DNA of 64,000 nucleotides from Coriobacteriaceae bacterium (GTDB lineage: Bacteria > Actinomycetota > Coriobacteriia > Anaerosomatales > SLCP01), in NCBI GenBank assembly GCA_003563465.1, contig PWVH01000129.1:429-64428 (forward strand), read 5' to 3'. The notes under the pieces were generated by a model, which did no database searches, was not told where the DNA came from, and saw only the letters and a list, made by a program, of their open reading frames with translations. Positions 55,382 to 62,976 of this stretch are shown here, piece after piece. How positions within the stretch are numbered: position 1 is the stretch's first letter; every line of letters begins with the position of its first letter. Both the position numbers and the translations under genes were made by a program.

Positions 55382-56242
55382 CTAGACGCCCACCCCTGTC
55401 AACGCCGCGCTCACTTCCCAGAGCCGACGCTGTCCTTCCTTATCCATGCTCACTGGCAGCGAACGGTGGGTTCGCCGTTTGAAGAAGTAGGCTCCGCTGA
55501 TCCCGTCCACCTTTTCCGATGATGCAAGCCATACAAGAGTGTCGGCACCCTGCTCAGGGCTGACGGCGATCAACTCGGTCGCTCGACCGACGACCGTTCC
55601 GAACAGGCCGTAGCCCTCCTTACCGAAATCACTCCTTACCCGACCCGGATGCATGACCGTACTCGTAACACCGGTGCCCTCCACACGGCGTGCGTGCTCG
55701 TAACAGAACATGATGTTCGCCAGTTTCGAGTGGGCGTAGGCACCGAACGGCCACCATCCCGTTTCGAACGTGAGATCGTCAAAGCGTATACCTCGCCACG
55801 CCAAGTAGTGGGAATCGCTGGATACAGTCACCACTCGTGCAGGTGCCGATGCGCGCAAGAGTGGCTCCAGAATGGAGCAGAGCATGAAGTGAGCGAGATG
55901 ATTGACCTGGAAGGTCATCTCGTTGCCATGTTCGGTTATGCGACGCTCCGGGTAGATCGCCCCTGCGTTGGCTATTAACACGTCGAGACGGTCATACCTC
56001 CGAATGTACTCGTTTGCCGCGGAACAGACGGAGAAAAGGTCGGACAGGTCGCAGATGAGAAGCTCGGTGCGCTCGTTGCCGGTCTCCTCGGCGATTGCAC
56101 GGCATGCTGCCTCACCTCGCTCGGCACTGCGCACGAGCATCACCACATCGGCGCCCATTCGCGCAAGATCGCGGGCCGCGACCAGACCGATGCCCCTGCT
56201 GGCACCTGTTATGAGCACTCGCTTTCCGCGCATGTCAACCAT
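55382..56242 (-). CDS. Short-chain dehydrogenase/reductase (SDR, retinol-dehydrogenase-like)
   Basis: VLITGASRGIG, NAG, YAHSK (YxxxK). Start at ATG 56242 (GGGAGG 6 nt upstream). Confidence 0.88.
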   Translation of the reverse strand: MVDMRGKRVLITGASRGIGLVAARDLARMGADVVMLVRSAERGEAACRAIAEETGNERTELLICDLSDLFSVCSAANEYIRRYDRLDVLIANAGAIYPERRITEHGNEMTFQVNHLAHFMLCSILEPLLRASAPARVVTVSSDSHYLAWRGIRFDDLTFETGWWPFGAYAHSKLANIMFCYEHARRVEGTGVTSTVMHPGRVRSDFGKEGYGLFGTVVGRATELIAVSPEQGADTLVWLASSEKVDGISGAYFFKRRTHRSLPVSMDKEGQRRLWEVSAALTGVGV

Positions 56243-56317
56243 GTGCCGCCTCCCACTCAAAGAACGGAACGCTCAAGTGTCCCGACAGATGATACCCGGA
56301 ACGCTCCGCTTTCTGCT

Positions 56318-57223
56318 TCACGCCCGCGAGTCGACGCCGATAAGCCCACCGACGGCACGCCATGCGGAGACGACCGCGGCCATGCCCGGAGAGGCGGTGC
56401 CCGGCTCGTAATCCCGCCATCCGAATCGCATGGTAGGTAAAGCGGCTATGTCCGGTGCGTACGGTATCTCGGCGATCAGAGGCAGACCCCTTTCGGCACA
56501 GAACTCGCGTATCCAGTCGGCTCCCTCGGCTGAAAGGTCCGCCTTGTTCAGAATGACTGCCACCCCAAGATCGAAGCGATAGGCCAACTCCGCCAGCCTG
56601 GCCAGATCGTGGACCCCGGAGACGGTAGGTTCTGCTATGGCTACGAGCAGGTCCGTATCTGCTAAGGCAGCGATAGCCGGGCACCCCACACCCGGCGGGC
56701 CGTCGATGAGCAGCAGATCCGCATCGCAGTCATCGGCTTCCTTCAGGCCGAGGCGACGCACCTCGGTCACCAGCTTACCGGACAGGTCTTCGCCAGGCAG
56801 CAAGCTGCCGAACGACATCCGGCCTGCCGAACTCGTCCCGGCGCACATGCTCCCCGCCGCACCGGTTTCCATCTTGATCGCACCGGCCTTGCAGACACGA
56901 GCGCACGCTCCGCACCCTTCACAGGAGAGCTGGTCGAAAACGTAGACGCCCGCTTCGTCCCGCAAGATCGCCCCGAAGCGGCACACTGTCTGACAGGCTC
57001 CACAGGCTTTGCAGGACTCCGTATCGACCGTTGCCTTGGCGCCACCTTTGAAGTCCTCGCACGAAGCTTCCTCGACTCCGAGGGCGATAGGTAGATTGGA
57101 GCCCTCGACATCCGCGTCAACCAAGACCGTACAACAGCTTTTCGCGGCGAGGTGGGCAAAGAGTGCCGTCAGCGTAGTCTTTCCGGTGCCTCCCTTGCCG
57201 GAGGCGATCACGACACTCTTCAT
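56318..57223 (-). CDS. MinD/ParA-superfamily P-loop ATPase with an inserted 2x[4Fe-4S] ferredoxin domain (COG1149 type)
   Basis: SGKGGTGKTT deviant Walker A. Ferredoxin insert CKACGACQTVCRFGAI and CEGCGACARVCKAGAI. ATGA overlap with the upstream paralog. Confidence 0.85.
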   Translation of the reverse strand: MKSVVIASGKGGTGKTTLTALFAHLAAKSCCTVLVDADVEGSNLPIALGVEEASCEDFKGGAKATVDTESCKACGACQTVCRFGAILRDEAGVYVFDQLSCEGCGACARVCKAGAIKMETGAAGSMCAGTSSAGRMSFGSLLPGEDLSGKLVTEVRRLGLKEADDCDADLLLIDGPPGVGCPAIAALADTDLLVAIAEPTVSGVHDLARLAELAYRFDLGVAVILNKADLSAEGADWIREFCAERGLPLIAEIPYAPDIAALPTMRFGWRDYEPGTASPGMAAVVSAWRAVGGLIGVDSRA

Positions 57224-58182
57224 CGGCCCGCTCTCTCTCGAAGACCGTCGGCCGCACTCGGAGCACTTCCTTCGGCGACATCTTCGATCCAGCTGGAGAT
57301 TGTCCGGAGCCAGCTCGTCGCCTCGGGTAGTTCGTCCACTATCAGCCCTCCCCGAGCATAGACCTCGGCTATCCTGCGATCGAAGGGAATCCGTCCGACC
57401 ACATCTACACGCTGGGCCGTCGCGAACTCAGCGATGTCCGTCGGGCCACTGCCATCGCGATTCACCACAACGCCGATCGGTAGACCCATGTCGCTTCCGA
57501 GCATCAGACTGAGTTCCAGGTCGTGCAGGCCAAAAGCAGTCGGCTCCGTGACCAGAAGCAGTGCGTCAGCATGGCGCACGGCGGCCACCGCCGAACATGC
57601 CACACCAGGTGGAGCGTCGAGAACCAGGATGTCGGCATCCCACCGCTCGGCCTCTTCGCGAGTCGCACCGATCAAAGAGGGGGCCTTAACCTGGCCGATA
57701 TCCAGCCTACCCGTCACGAGTCGAAGACGCTGTGAGCGTTTGGCGACGCCGGTGGATACCTCTCCGACACGTAGAGAGCATTCGCCCATAGCCCCTGTCG
57801 GGCATGAAGACACGCAAACACCGCACCCGTGGCATATCTCCTCGAAGACCACCGGTGTTCCGCCGAGGATACGGACCGCACCGAAGGCGCAAAGATCGCT
57901 GCACGTGCCGCAAGCGTTGCACGCCTGGGAATCCGGCCGAGCTACCTTCGACTCGACAGACGTGAGTTTGTCCGTACGCGCGGGAAGAAAGAGATGGCTG
58001 TTAGGAGCTTCTACATCGCAATCGGCAAGCAGTACAGAAAGACCGGCGTCGGCCCAGAGAACCGCAAGGTTGGTGGCCACCAACGTCTTTCCTGTACCGC
58101 CTTTACCTGAAGCGACCGCAAGGATGAAGGGGGCGTATCCGTCTGCCAGCTCGCAACGATCAGCAGCTGCTCTCGATCTCAC
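57220..58182 (-). CDS. Second MinD/ParA-type P-loop ATPase with an inserted ferredoxin domain (COG1149 type)
   Basis: SGKGGTGKT; CNACGTCSDLCAFGAV and CHGCGVCVSSCPTGAM. Start chosen at GTG 58182 (GGAGG 9 nt upstream); GTG 58200 is the alternative. Confidence 0.85.
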   Translation of the reverse strand: MRSRAAADRCELADGYAPFILAVASGKGGTGKTLVATNLAVLWADAGLSVLLADCDVEAPNSHLFLPARTDKLTSVESKVARPDSQACNACGTCSDLCAFGAVRILGGTPVVFEEICHGCGVCVSSCPTGAMGECSLRVGEVSTGVAKRSQRLRLVTGRLDIGQVKAPSLIGATREEAERWDADILVLDAPPGVACSAVAAVRHADALLLVTEPTAFGLHDLELSLMLGSDMGLPIGVVVNRDGSGPTDIAEFATAQRVDVVGRIPFDRRIAEVYARGGLIVDELPEATSWLRTISSWIEDVAEGSAPSAADGLRERAGR

Positions 58183-58184
58183 GC

Positions 58185-58562
58185 CTAGTGGCCTCCGCAC
58201 ACGAACCTGTCATCCATGGGCTCGACCTCGCCAGCCAAAAGGAGGTCGACCACATCGCCGATTCCCGGCGTGACGTTGTCGAAGTATACGTCGATGCCGA
58301 CCTCATTGAACCCCGCAAGCGGGCGAGCCCCCATGCCAGCAACCACGAGAGCGTTCACTCCGTGCGATGCAAGCAGCTGGACTGGCTGAAGACAACCACC
58401 ATCGACATGCGGTGGATTGTCAATGACCCGGACGTCGGAGACCTTGCCGTCACTGATCTCTACGAGAGTGAACTTATCGCAACGGCCGAAGTGACCCGAC
58501 CGCTCGCCTTCGAGTCCGCCCTCCCCGACAGAGGGGACCGCAAGCAGAATGCTGTCTGGCAT
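58185..58562 (-). CDS. NifX/NifB-C-terminal-like (dinitrogenase FeMo-cofactor-binding domain, COG1433) protein
   Basis: SGHFGRCDKFTLVEI ... VNALVVAGMGARP pattern of PF02579. Start at ATG 58562 (GGAG 6 nt upstream). Confidence 0.85.
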   Translation of the reverse strand: MPDSILLAVPSVGEGGLEGERSGHFGRCDKFTLVEISDGKVSDVRVIDNPPHVDGGCLQPVQLLASHGVNALVVAGMGARPLAGFNEVGIDVYFDNVTPGIGDVVDLLLAGEVEPMDDRFVCGGH

Positions 58563-58610
58563 GCCTATCTCCATTCCGTTTCGGTAACCATTTCCCAGCT
58601 TGCCAACGCT

Positions 58611-58973
58611 CTATCGCATGCCAGCATGAGCGGTTCCTTCGTCAAGAGCAGGAAGACGCCCCTCAGCGAGCGCTTTCACTGCCTCTCGGACAGTAAGTCC
58701 CGTCCCTTTGTAACCTGTGATTCCCGCCGCGCCGAGTGCACGGTAGGCTTTCGGACCGAGATGACCCGTGATCACTGCATCGGAACCGCGTTCGCTGACC
58801 AGTTCTGCAGCGCCTATGCCGGCTCCTTGGAGCGCATCGACGTTCGCTGCGTTATCCACAGCATCGAAGGACATCGATTCAGAGTCGACGATCACGAGGT
58901 ATCGCGCTCTGCCGAAGCGCTCATCCACCTGATCGTCTAACGTGGGGCCGAGGGCGGCGACTGCGACCTTCAC
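58611..58973 (-). CDS. Second NifX/NifB-like (COG1433) protein
   Basis: ERFGRARYLVIVD ... DAVITGHLGPKA. GTG 58973 overlaps the DUF5320 TGA (GTGA). Confidence 0.8.
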   Translation of the reverse strand: MKVAVAALGPTLDDQVDERFGRARYLVIVDSESMSFDAVDNAANVDALQGAGIGAAELVSERGSDAVITGHLGPKAYRALGAAGITGYKGTGLTVREAVKALAEGRLPALDEGTAHAGMR

Positions 58974-59194
58974 AGCCACCGACCCCATCCACGTCGATAT
59001 CCGAGGCCAAGGTGCCGCCTTTCGGCGGGCGATCTCATGCCGCGACCCGGTCGAAGCCCTCTGCCGAAAGCAGCGAATCTTCGCAAGCCTGTAGCGCGCC
59101 TGCGAAAGACTTCCGCGTCTTCTATGCAGTAGCCGCGACCGCCACCGGTCATCTCTCCCTCGCCGAGCGGTCCTGTCCTATCGAATCCAGGCAT
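58970..59194 (-). CDS. DUF5320-family small Gly/Arg-rich protein
   Basis: MPGFDRTGPLGEGEMTGGGRGYC matches the remembered DUF5320 N-terminus (MPRGDGTGPMG..MTGRG.GYC). Confidence 0.7.
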   Translation of the reverse strand: MPGFDRTGPLGEGEMTGGGRGYCIEDAEVFRRRATGLRRFAAFGRGLRPGRGMRSPAERRHLGLGYRRGWGRWL

Positions 59195-59220
59195 CGTTGC
59201 ACCTCCGTTCCAGTAAGGTC

Positions 59221-59625
59221 CTACTTCTCTGTCTTCTCGCTTCCGAGCGCGCTTTCCAGCGCATCGGAGAGCACGCTGGCAAGCCTCTCGCGTTCTCGAA
59301 GATGGGCGACCCAGTGAGCTGCCAACTCGCGTCCGTCTTCGGTGAGCTGGTACTCACGCCTTTGTGGTCCGGACTCGCCCTCGGCCCAATTGGATGTGAC
59401 CAAGCCCTCTTCTTCCATCCGCCTGAGAACACGGTAGAGACCGCCAGCATCGACAAGTATCTCGCCGTCTGTCAGTTCTTCGATCACTCTCCGGAGGTCG
59501 TAGCCGTGACCGCTCGAAGAGACTAGCGCCGCAAGGGCAGCCGGCTCAACGAGAGCGCCTCGGCCTCCGCCTCGACCGCGCCCGACGCCGCAACAGCGTC
59601 TATGGCCTGGCCCGTAATCGCGCAA
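59221..59625 (-). CDS. PadR-family transcriptional regulator with a Gly/Arg/Cys-rich N-terminal extension
   Basis: GYDLRRVIEE...GGLYRVLRRMEEEGLV...REYQLTEDGRE winged-helix motifs. TTG start with AGGAGG 8 nt upstream. Confidence 0.85.
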   Translation of the reverse strand: MRDYGPGHRRCCGVGRGRGGGRGALVEPAALAALVSSSGHGYDLRRVIEELTDGEILVDAGGLYRVLRRMEEEGLVTSNWAEGESGPQRREYQLTEDGRELAAHWVAHLRERERLASVLSDALESALGSEKTEK

Positions 59626-59670
59626 AGAAAGCGACCTCCTCTGATTAGCGCGAGATATATGTCCAAAACA

Positions 59671-59699
59671 ACTATATGCGGTTCACATCTAGATGTCAA
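59671..59699 (-). promoter_or_regulatory. Near-consensus sigma70 promoter of the padR-led operon, with an overlapping 12-bp palindrome
   Basis: Minus strand reads TTGACA (59699-59694), a 17-nt spacer, then TATAGT (59676-59671). The perfect palindrome ACATCTAGATGT at 59685-59696 overlaps the -35 and spacer. Confidence 0.6.
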
Positions 59700-59799
59700 C
59701 GTCTGTTTCTTGCTTGATTCTTACTGCGCTGGGATTGCGGACGCCCGCCGAGTCTCTTCGGCATGGGTTCTCGACTGGCGCTGGGCTGGGCTGGCTGGG

Positions 59800-60171
59800 C
59801 TAGTCCGGCAGCTCCAGCTCGTTCACCACTTCGGTCTTCAGCATCTTGACCAGAGCCAGGAGGGCCTCCACGACGTTTTCTCGGATGTCGCCAGCCACGA
59901 GCACGTACATGATGTCATCACCCACGGCCAGCTTGCCTTCGTTCACCCAGGCGCGCACGTGTTTCACGCCCTCCATGAGGCGAGCCGTGTCGAGCACCTC
60001 AGCCAATCTCGTACGGTCGACCGAGAGCTCCATACCGGTCACCGGATCTCCGCCACGTGAATGGCCACGCACGACTCCGTTGTGAACCAGGTACATGCCC
60101 ACACCTTCGACCTCCCCGCCACCCTTGATCTCCGCCAGCCAAGTGTCCAGTGATGGTCTCGTATCATGCAT
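59800..60171 (-). CDS. Small MoaE-like (molybdopterin-synthase large-subunit fold) protein, function unknown
   Basis: 123 aa. The pattern G..LVHNGVVRG...V..ME....(helix)...V.VNEGKLAVGDDIMYVLVAGDIRENV..AL...V..LK resembles the MoaE core but lacks the PIWKKE tail. Assignment is from memory. Confidence 0.5.
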   Translation of the reverse strand: MHDTRPSLDTWLAEIKGGGEVEGVGMYLVHNGVVRGHSRGGDPVTGMELSVDRTRLAEVLDTARLMEGVKHVRAWVNEGKLAVGDDIMYVLVAGDIRENVVEALLALVKMLKTEVVNELELPD

Positions 60172-60268
60172 GGCACACCCGCCTATCCGCTCTCATGGTT
60201 TCACTTCGGCGACCTTCGCAGACAAGTGTAGATCAGCCGTTGCCGGCAACGAAGGCTGAGTCTCGCTC

Positions 60269-61855
60269 TCATGACGAGCATGGGAATCGCAGACGGTCCA
60301 GGAAACTCAGGTACGCGGGATCGCGCATGAAAGCACGGATGCGTTTGCGGCCGATCGCAAGAAAACTCGTCGGCGCGTACTTGTACTCCGCGTGAATCCT
60401 TACCCACTCGAACAGCCGCTTCGGGAATGCAAGTTCGGCCAGATAGGCACGTTGGCCCTTCCCCAGCAACCTGTGCCGGAAGAACGTGCCTCTCAGCGCG
60501 GAGAGAGCAACCCGCCAGATGGAGTAGAAGCGTCGGTACTCCTTGGTCACGAAGCGCTGCATCTCCTGCGGTGTCATCCGATCCGGTTTCAAGACCACAT
60601 GCATTCCATCAAATAGCGCCAGGTCTTCAATTCTCGAGAACAGCATTCTGTTCGTCTTGAGATGCTCGCGCGTCCGTTTGGTCCCCGGCAAGGGCGTCTC
60701 GAACAGGTATTGCAGCGACGTGACGCACTTCTTCGCGTAGTCGCAGTTGCGACGGATGATCTCGCGCGTATCACTCGGCAAGGCTATGAACATACCGTGC
60801 ACTACTAGCCCGTAGCGTCGCATGGCGCGTAACGCGCGGGACATGCGAGAGCTATCTATGAGCTTGTGGAGCTGATCTAGGTTCGCATCATCCGCAGACT
60901 CTACGCCCACGCACACGACAGTGACCCCCGCCACCTTCTTCAGCAGACGCAAGAGCTCGCGATCGAGCCGGCCTTCGGACGTAAGTGCGGCGCTCGCGTG
61001 CATCTGGACGACCAGCATGCGGCTGAAGCCCTTTTCGGACACCGAGCGCAGGAACTGCTTGAACGAGGGTTTGTTAGCCGCGGCGTTGTCGTCGATCAGG
61101 AATGTGGTGCGAAAACCTTCGTCCCAGGCTCGCACCATCTCGCCGACGCTAGACCCATCTTGACGCACTACGTAGCGTGGCCAGATCTCGCACACCTCAC
61201 AGAAGTCGCATCTGCGTGTACATCCCCGAGAACGCCAGACAGCGGCCACGGAGATACGATGCGCTTGGTGCACGAGCGACCTGTCCACAAATGGCAACGC
61301 GTCGAGCTCTTCCCGGCTCAGCTGCTGTGGTGGAGGCCCTTTGCGGAGTCGGTCTTCCTCCCTCCAGACGAGCCCGGGAATGGCTTCAAGTGATTCGCCG
61401 TCTTGCCCCAGAAGTGCCACCACCAAACGAGGCAGCGTTATCTCGGCCTCTCCACGCAGAACGTAGTCTGCGCCGACAAGGATGCTCCGCTCAGGTTCAC
61501 ACGTAGGCTCGGGACCGCCGAAGACGATCTTCGCCTGCGGGTTGATCGCCCGTGCCTGCTCGAGCAAGCGTTGCGTCCTGGGCACCGTGCAAGTGATCGC
61601 CGAGAAACCGACCACATCGGCGCCGGCTACGAAATCCCAGTCGACGGAACCCTCGCCGCTGATGTCCTCGATGAATGCCTTGGCGTCGTGTCCTGCATCT
61701 CGCAGCACCGTGGCAAGCAGCGGAATCCCTCGGCCCATAGCCACGTGAGAGTAGATATTGAGACCGGGTGACCCGGCTTCGATGAGGGCCACGCGTCCAC
61801 TGCGCGGCGCCTCGGTGGTCGCCACAGCAGCCTCCTTAGGATCGTCTTGCTCCAT
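60269..61855 (-). CDS. B12-binding-domain radical SAM protein (COG1032 type)
   Basis: N-terminal Rossmann-like cobalamin-binding region, SRGCTRRCDFCEV (CxxxCxxC), and a long C-terminal domain. Start uncertain (ATG 61855, 61900 or 61936). Confidence 0.85.
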   Translation of the reverse strand: MEQDDPKEAAVATTEAPRSGRVALIEAGSPGLNIYSHVAMGRGIPLLATVLRDAGHDAKAFIEDISGEGSVDWDFVAGADVVGFSAITCTVPRTQRLLEQARAINPQAKIVFGGPEPTCEPERSILVGADYVLRGEAEITLPRLVVALLGQDGESLEAIPGLVWREEDRLRKGPPPQQLSREELDALPFVDRSLVHQAHRISVAAVWRSRGCTRRCDFCEVCEIWPRYVVRQDGSSVGEMVRAWDEGFRTTFLIDDNAAANKPSFKQFLRSVSEKGFSRMLVVQMHASAALTSEGRLDRELLRLLKKVAGVTVVCVGVESADDANLDQLHKLIDSSRMSRALRAMRRYGLVVHGMFIALPSDTREIIRRNCDYAKKCVTSLQYLFETPLPGTKRTREHLKTNRMLFSRIEDLALFDGMHVVLKPDRMTPQEMQRFVTKEYRRFYSIWRVALSALRGTFFRHRLLGKGQRAYLAELAFPKRLFEWVRIHAEYKYAPTSFLAIGRKRIRAFMRDPAYLSFLDRLRFPCSS

Positions 61856-61980
61856 CCTCCTCGGCACATGCGCACCACGCGCCCCGCTCACATGCCGCAT
61901 GATTGTTATCTTCCCACACCATGACTCAAGGCGCATGAAGGTTGGTTATGCTCTCACCGTACGATGAATCGGGAGCGATG

Positions 61981-62880
61981 ATGACTCGATATACCGATCT
62001 AAGTACGACCGGAGAACTAGCCCGCCGAGCAGAGCGGGCACGGGCCGAACTCGTGAACTGCAAGGTATGCCCACACGAGTGCCTGGTAGACCGCCTAGCA
62101 AGGCAGCGAGGCCTTTGTCGTGCTGGAGCCCTTGCGCGCATCTCGAGCGCGGGACCACACTTCGGCGAGGAGGCCCCCCTCGTCGGGAGACGTGGATCTG
62201 GCACGGTGTTCTTCGCTTGGTGCAACCTTCACTGCGAGTTCTGCCAGAACGCCGACATATCCCAGTTCGGACACGGAGAGGATATGGCCGCCGAGGAGCT
62301 TGCCGAAGTCTTCGTCGGCATTCAGACCGCTGAATGCGAGAACCTCAACCTCGTAAGCCCCACGCATTTCACTCCGCAGATCCTCGCCGCACTCGATATC
62401 GCAGCCGAACAGGGTCTTACCCTCCCCATCGTGTGGAACACCGGCGGCTACGAATCCCTCGACACACTGGAGCTTCTCGATGGAGTGGTCGACATCTACA
62501 TGCCCGACTTGAAATACGCCGACGCCGAGACCGCATTGCGTCTCGCGGGAGCGAGCGACTATCCCGACCGGGCGTTCGCTGCCGTGCGTGAGATGCATCG
62601 ACAGGTCGGCGACCTCGCGATCGGGAAGCACGGTTCCGCTACCAGGGGTTTGCTCGTGCGTCACCTCGTCCTACCAGCTGAGCTTTCGGGGACCGCCGAG
62701 GTCATGCGTTTTCTTGCCGAGGAGGTTTCCAGCGACACGTACGTAAACGTCATGGACCAATACCGCCCCTGTCACAGAGCTCACGAAACGCCCGAGCTAT
62801 CCAGACCTGTCACAGCAAGCGAGTACGAAGCTGCCCTCGACAGCGCGCGTGTCGCCGGGCTGCACCGATTCGCACGGTAA
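61981..62880 (+). CDS. PflX-type radical SAM protein (COG1313, PFL-activase homolog)
   Basis: CKVCPHEC...GLC N-terminal Cys motif, GEEAPL, FFAWCNLHCEFCQNADIS. Start is probably ATG 61978/61981 (GGGAG upstream) rather than 61942. Confidence 0.85.
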   Translation: MTRYTDLSTTGELARRAERARAELVNCKVCPHECLVDRLARQRGLCRAGALARISSAGPHFGEEAPLVGRRGSGTVFFAWCNLHCEFCQNADISQFGHGEDMAAEELAEVFVGIQTAECENLNLVSPTHFTPQILAALDIAAEQGLTLPIVWNTGGYESLDTLELLDGVVDIYMPDLKYADAETALRLAGASDYPDRAFAAVREMHRQVGDLAIGKHGSATRGLLVRHLVLPAELSGTAEVMRFLAEEVSSDTYVNVMDQYRPCHRAHETPELSRPVTASEYEAALDSARVAGLHRFAR

Positions 62881-62908
62881 GGAAGGAATCGGGAACACTC
62901 ATTCTACG

Positions 62909-62960
62909 ACCAACCGATTGCCACCAACCGATTGCCACCAACCGATTGCCACCAACCGAT
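62909..62960. repeat. Perfect 14-bp tandem direct repeat ACCAACCGATTGCC x3.7
   Basis: Units at 62909-62922, 62923-62936 and 62937-62950, plus a partial unit at 62951-62960. It lies 29 nt after the PflX stop and 17 nt before the next ATG. Confidence 0.9.
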
Positions 62961-62976
62961 GCGATAGGTACCGGAC

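Noticed and set aside
59776-59799. CTGGG/CTGGGCTGG micro-repeat just downstream of the MoaE-like gene stop.
   Set aside because: It is short and imperfect, so it is most simply read as simple-sequence slippage with no separate feature.
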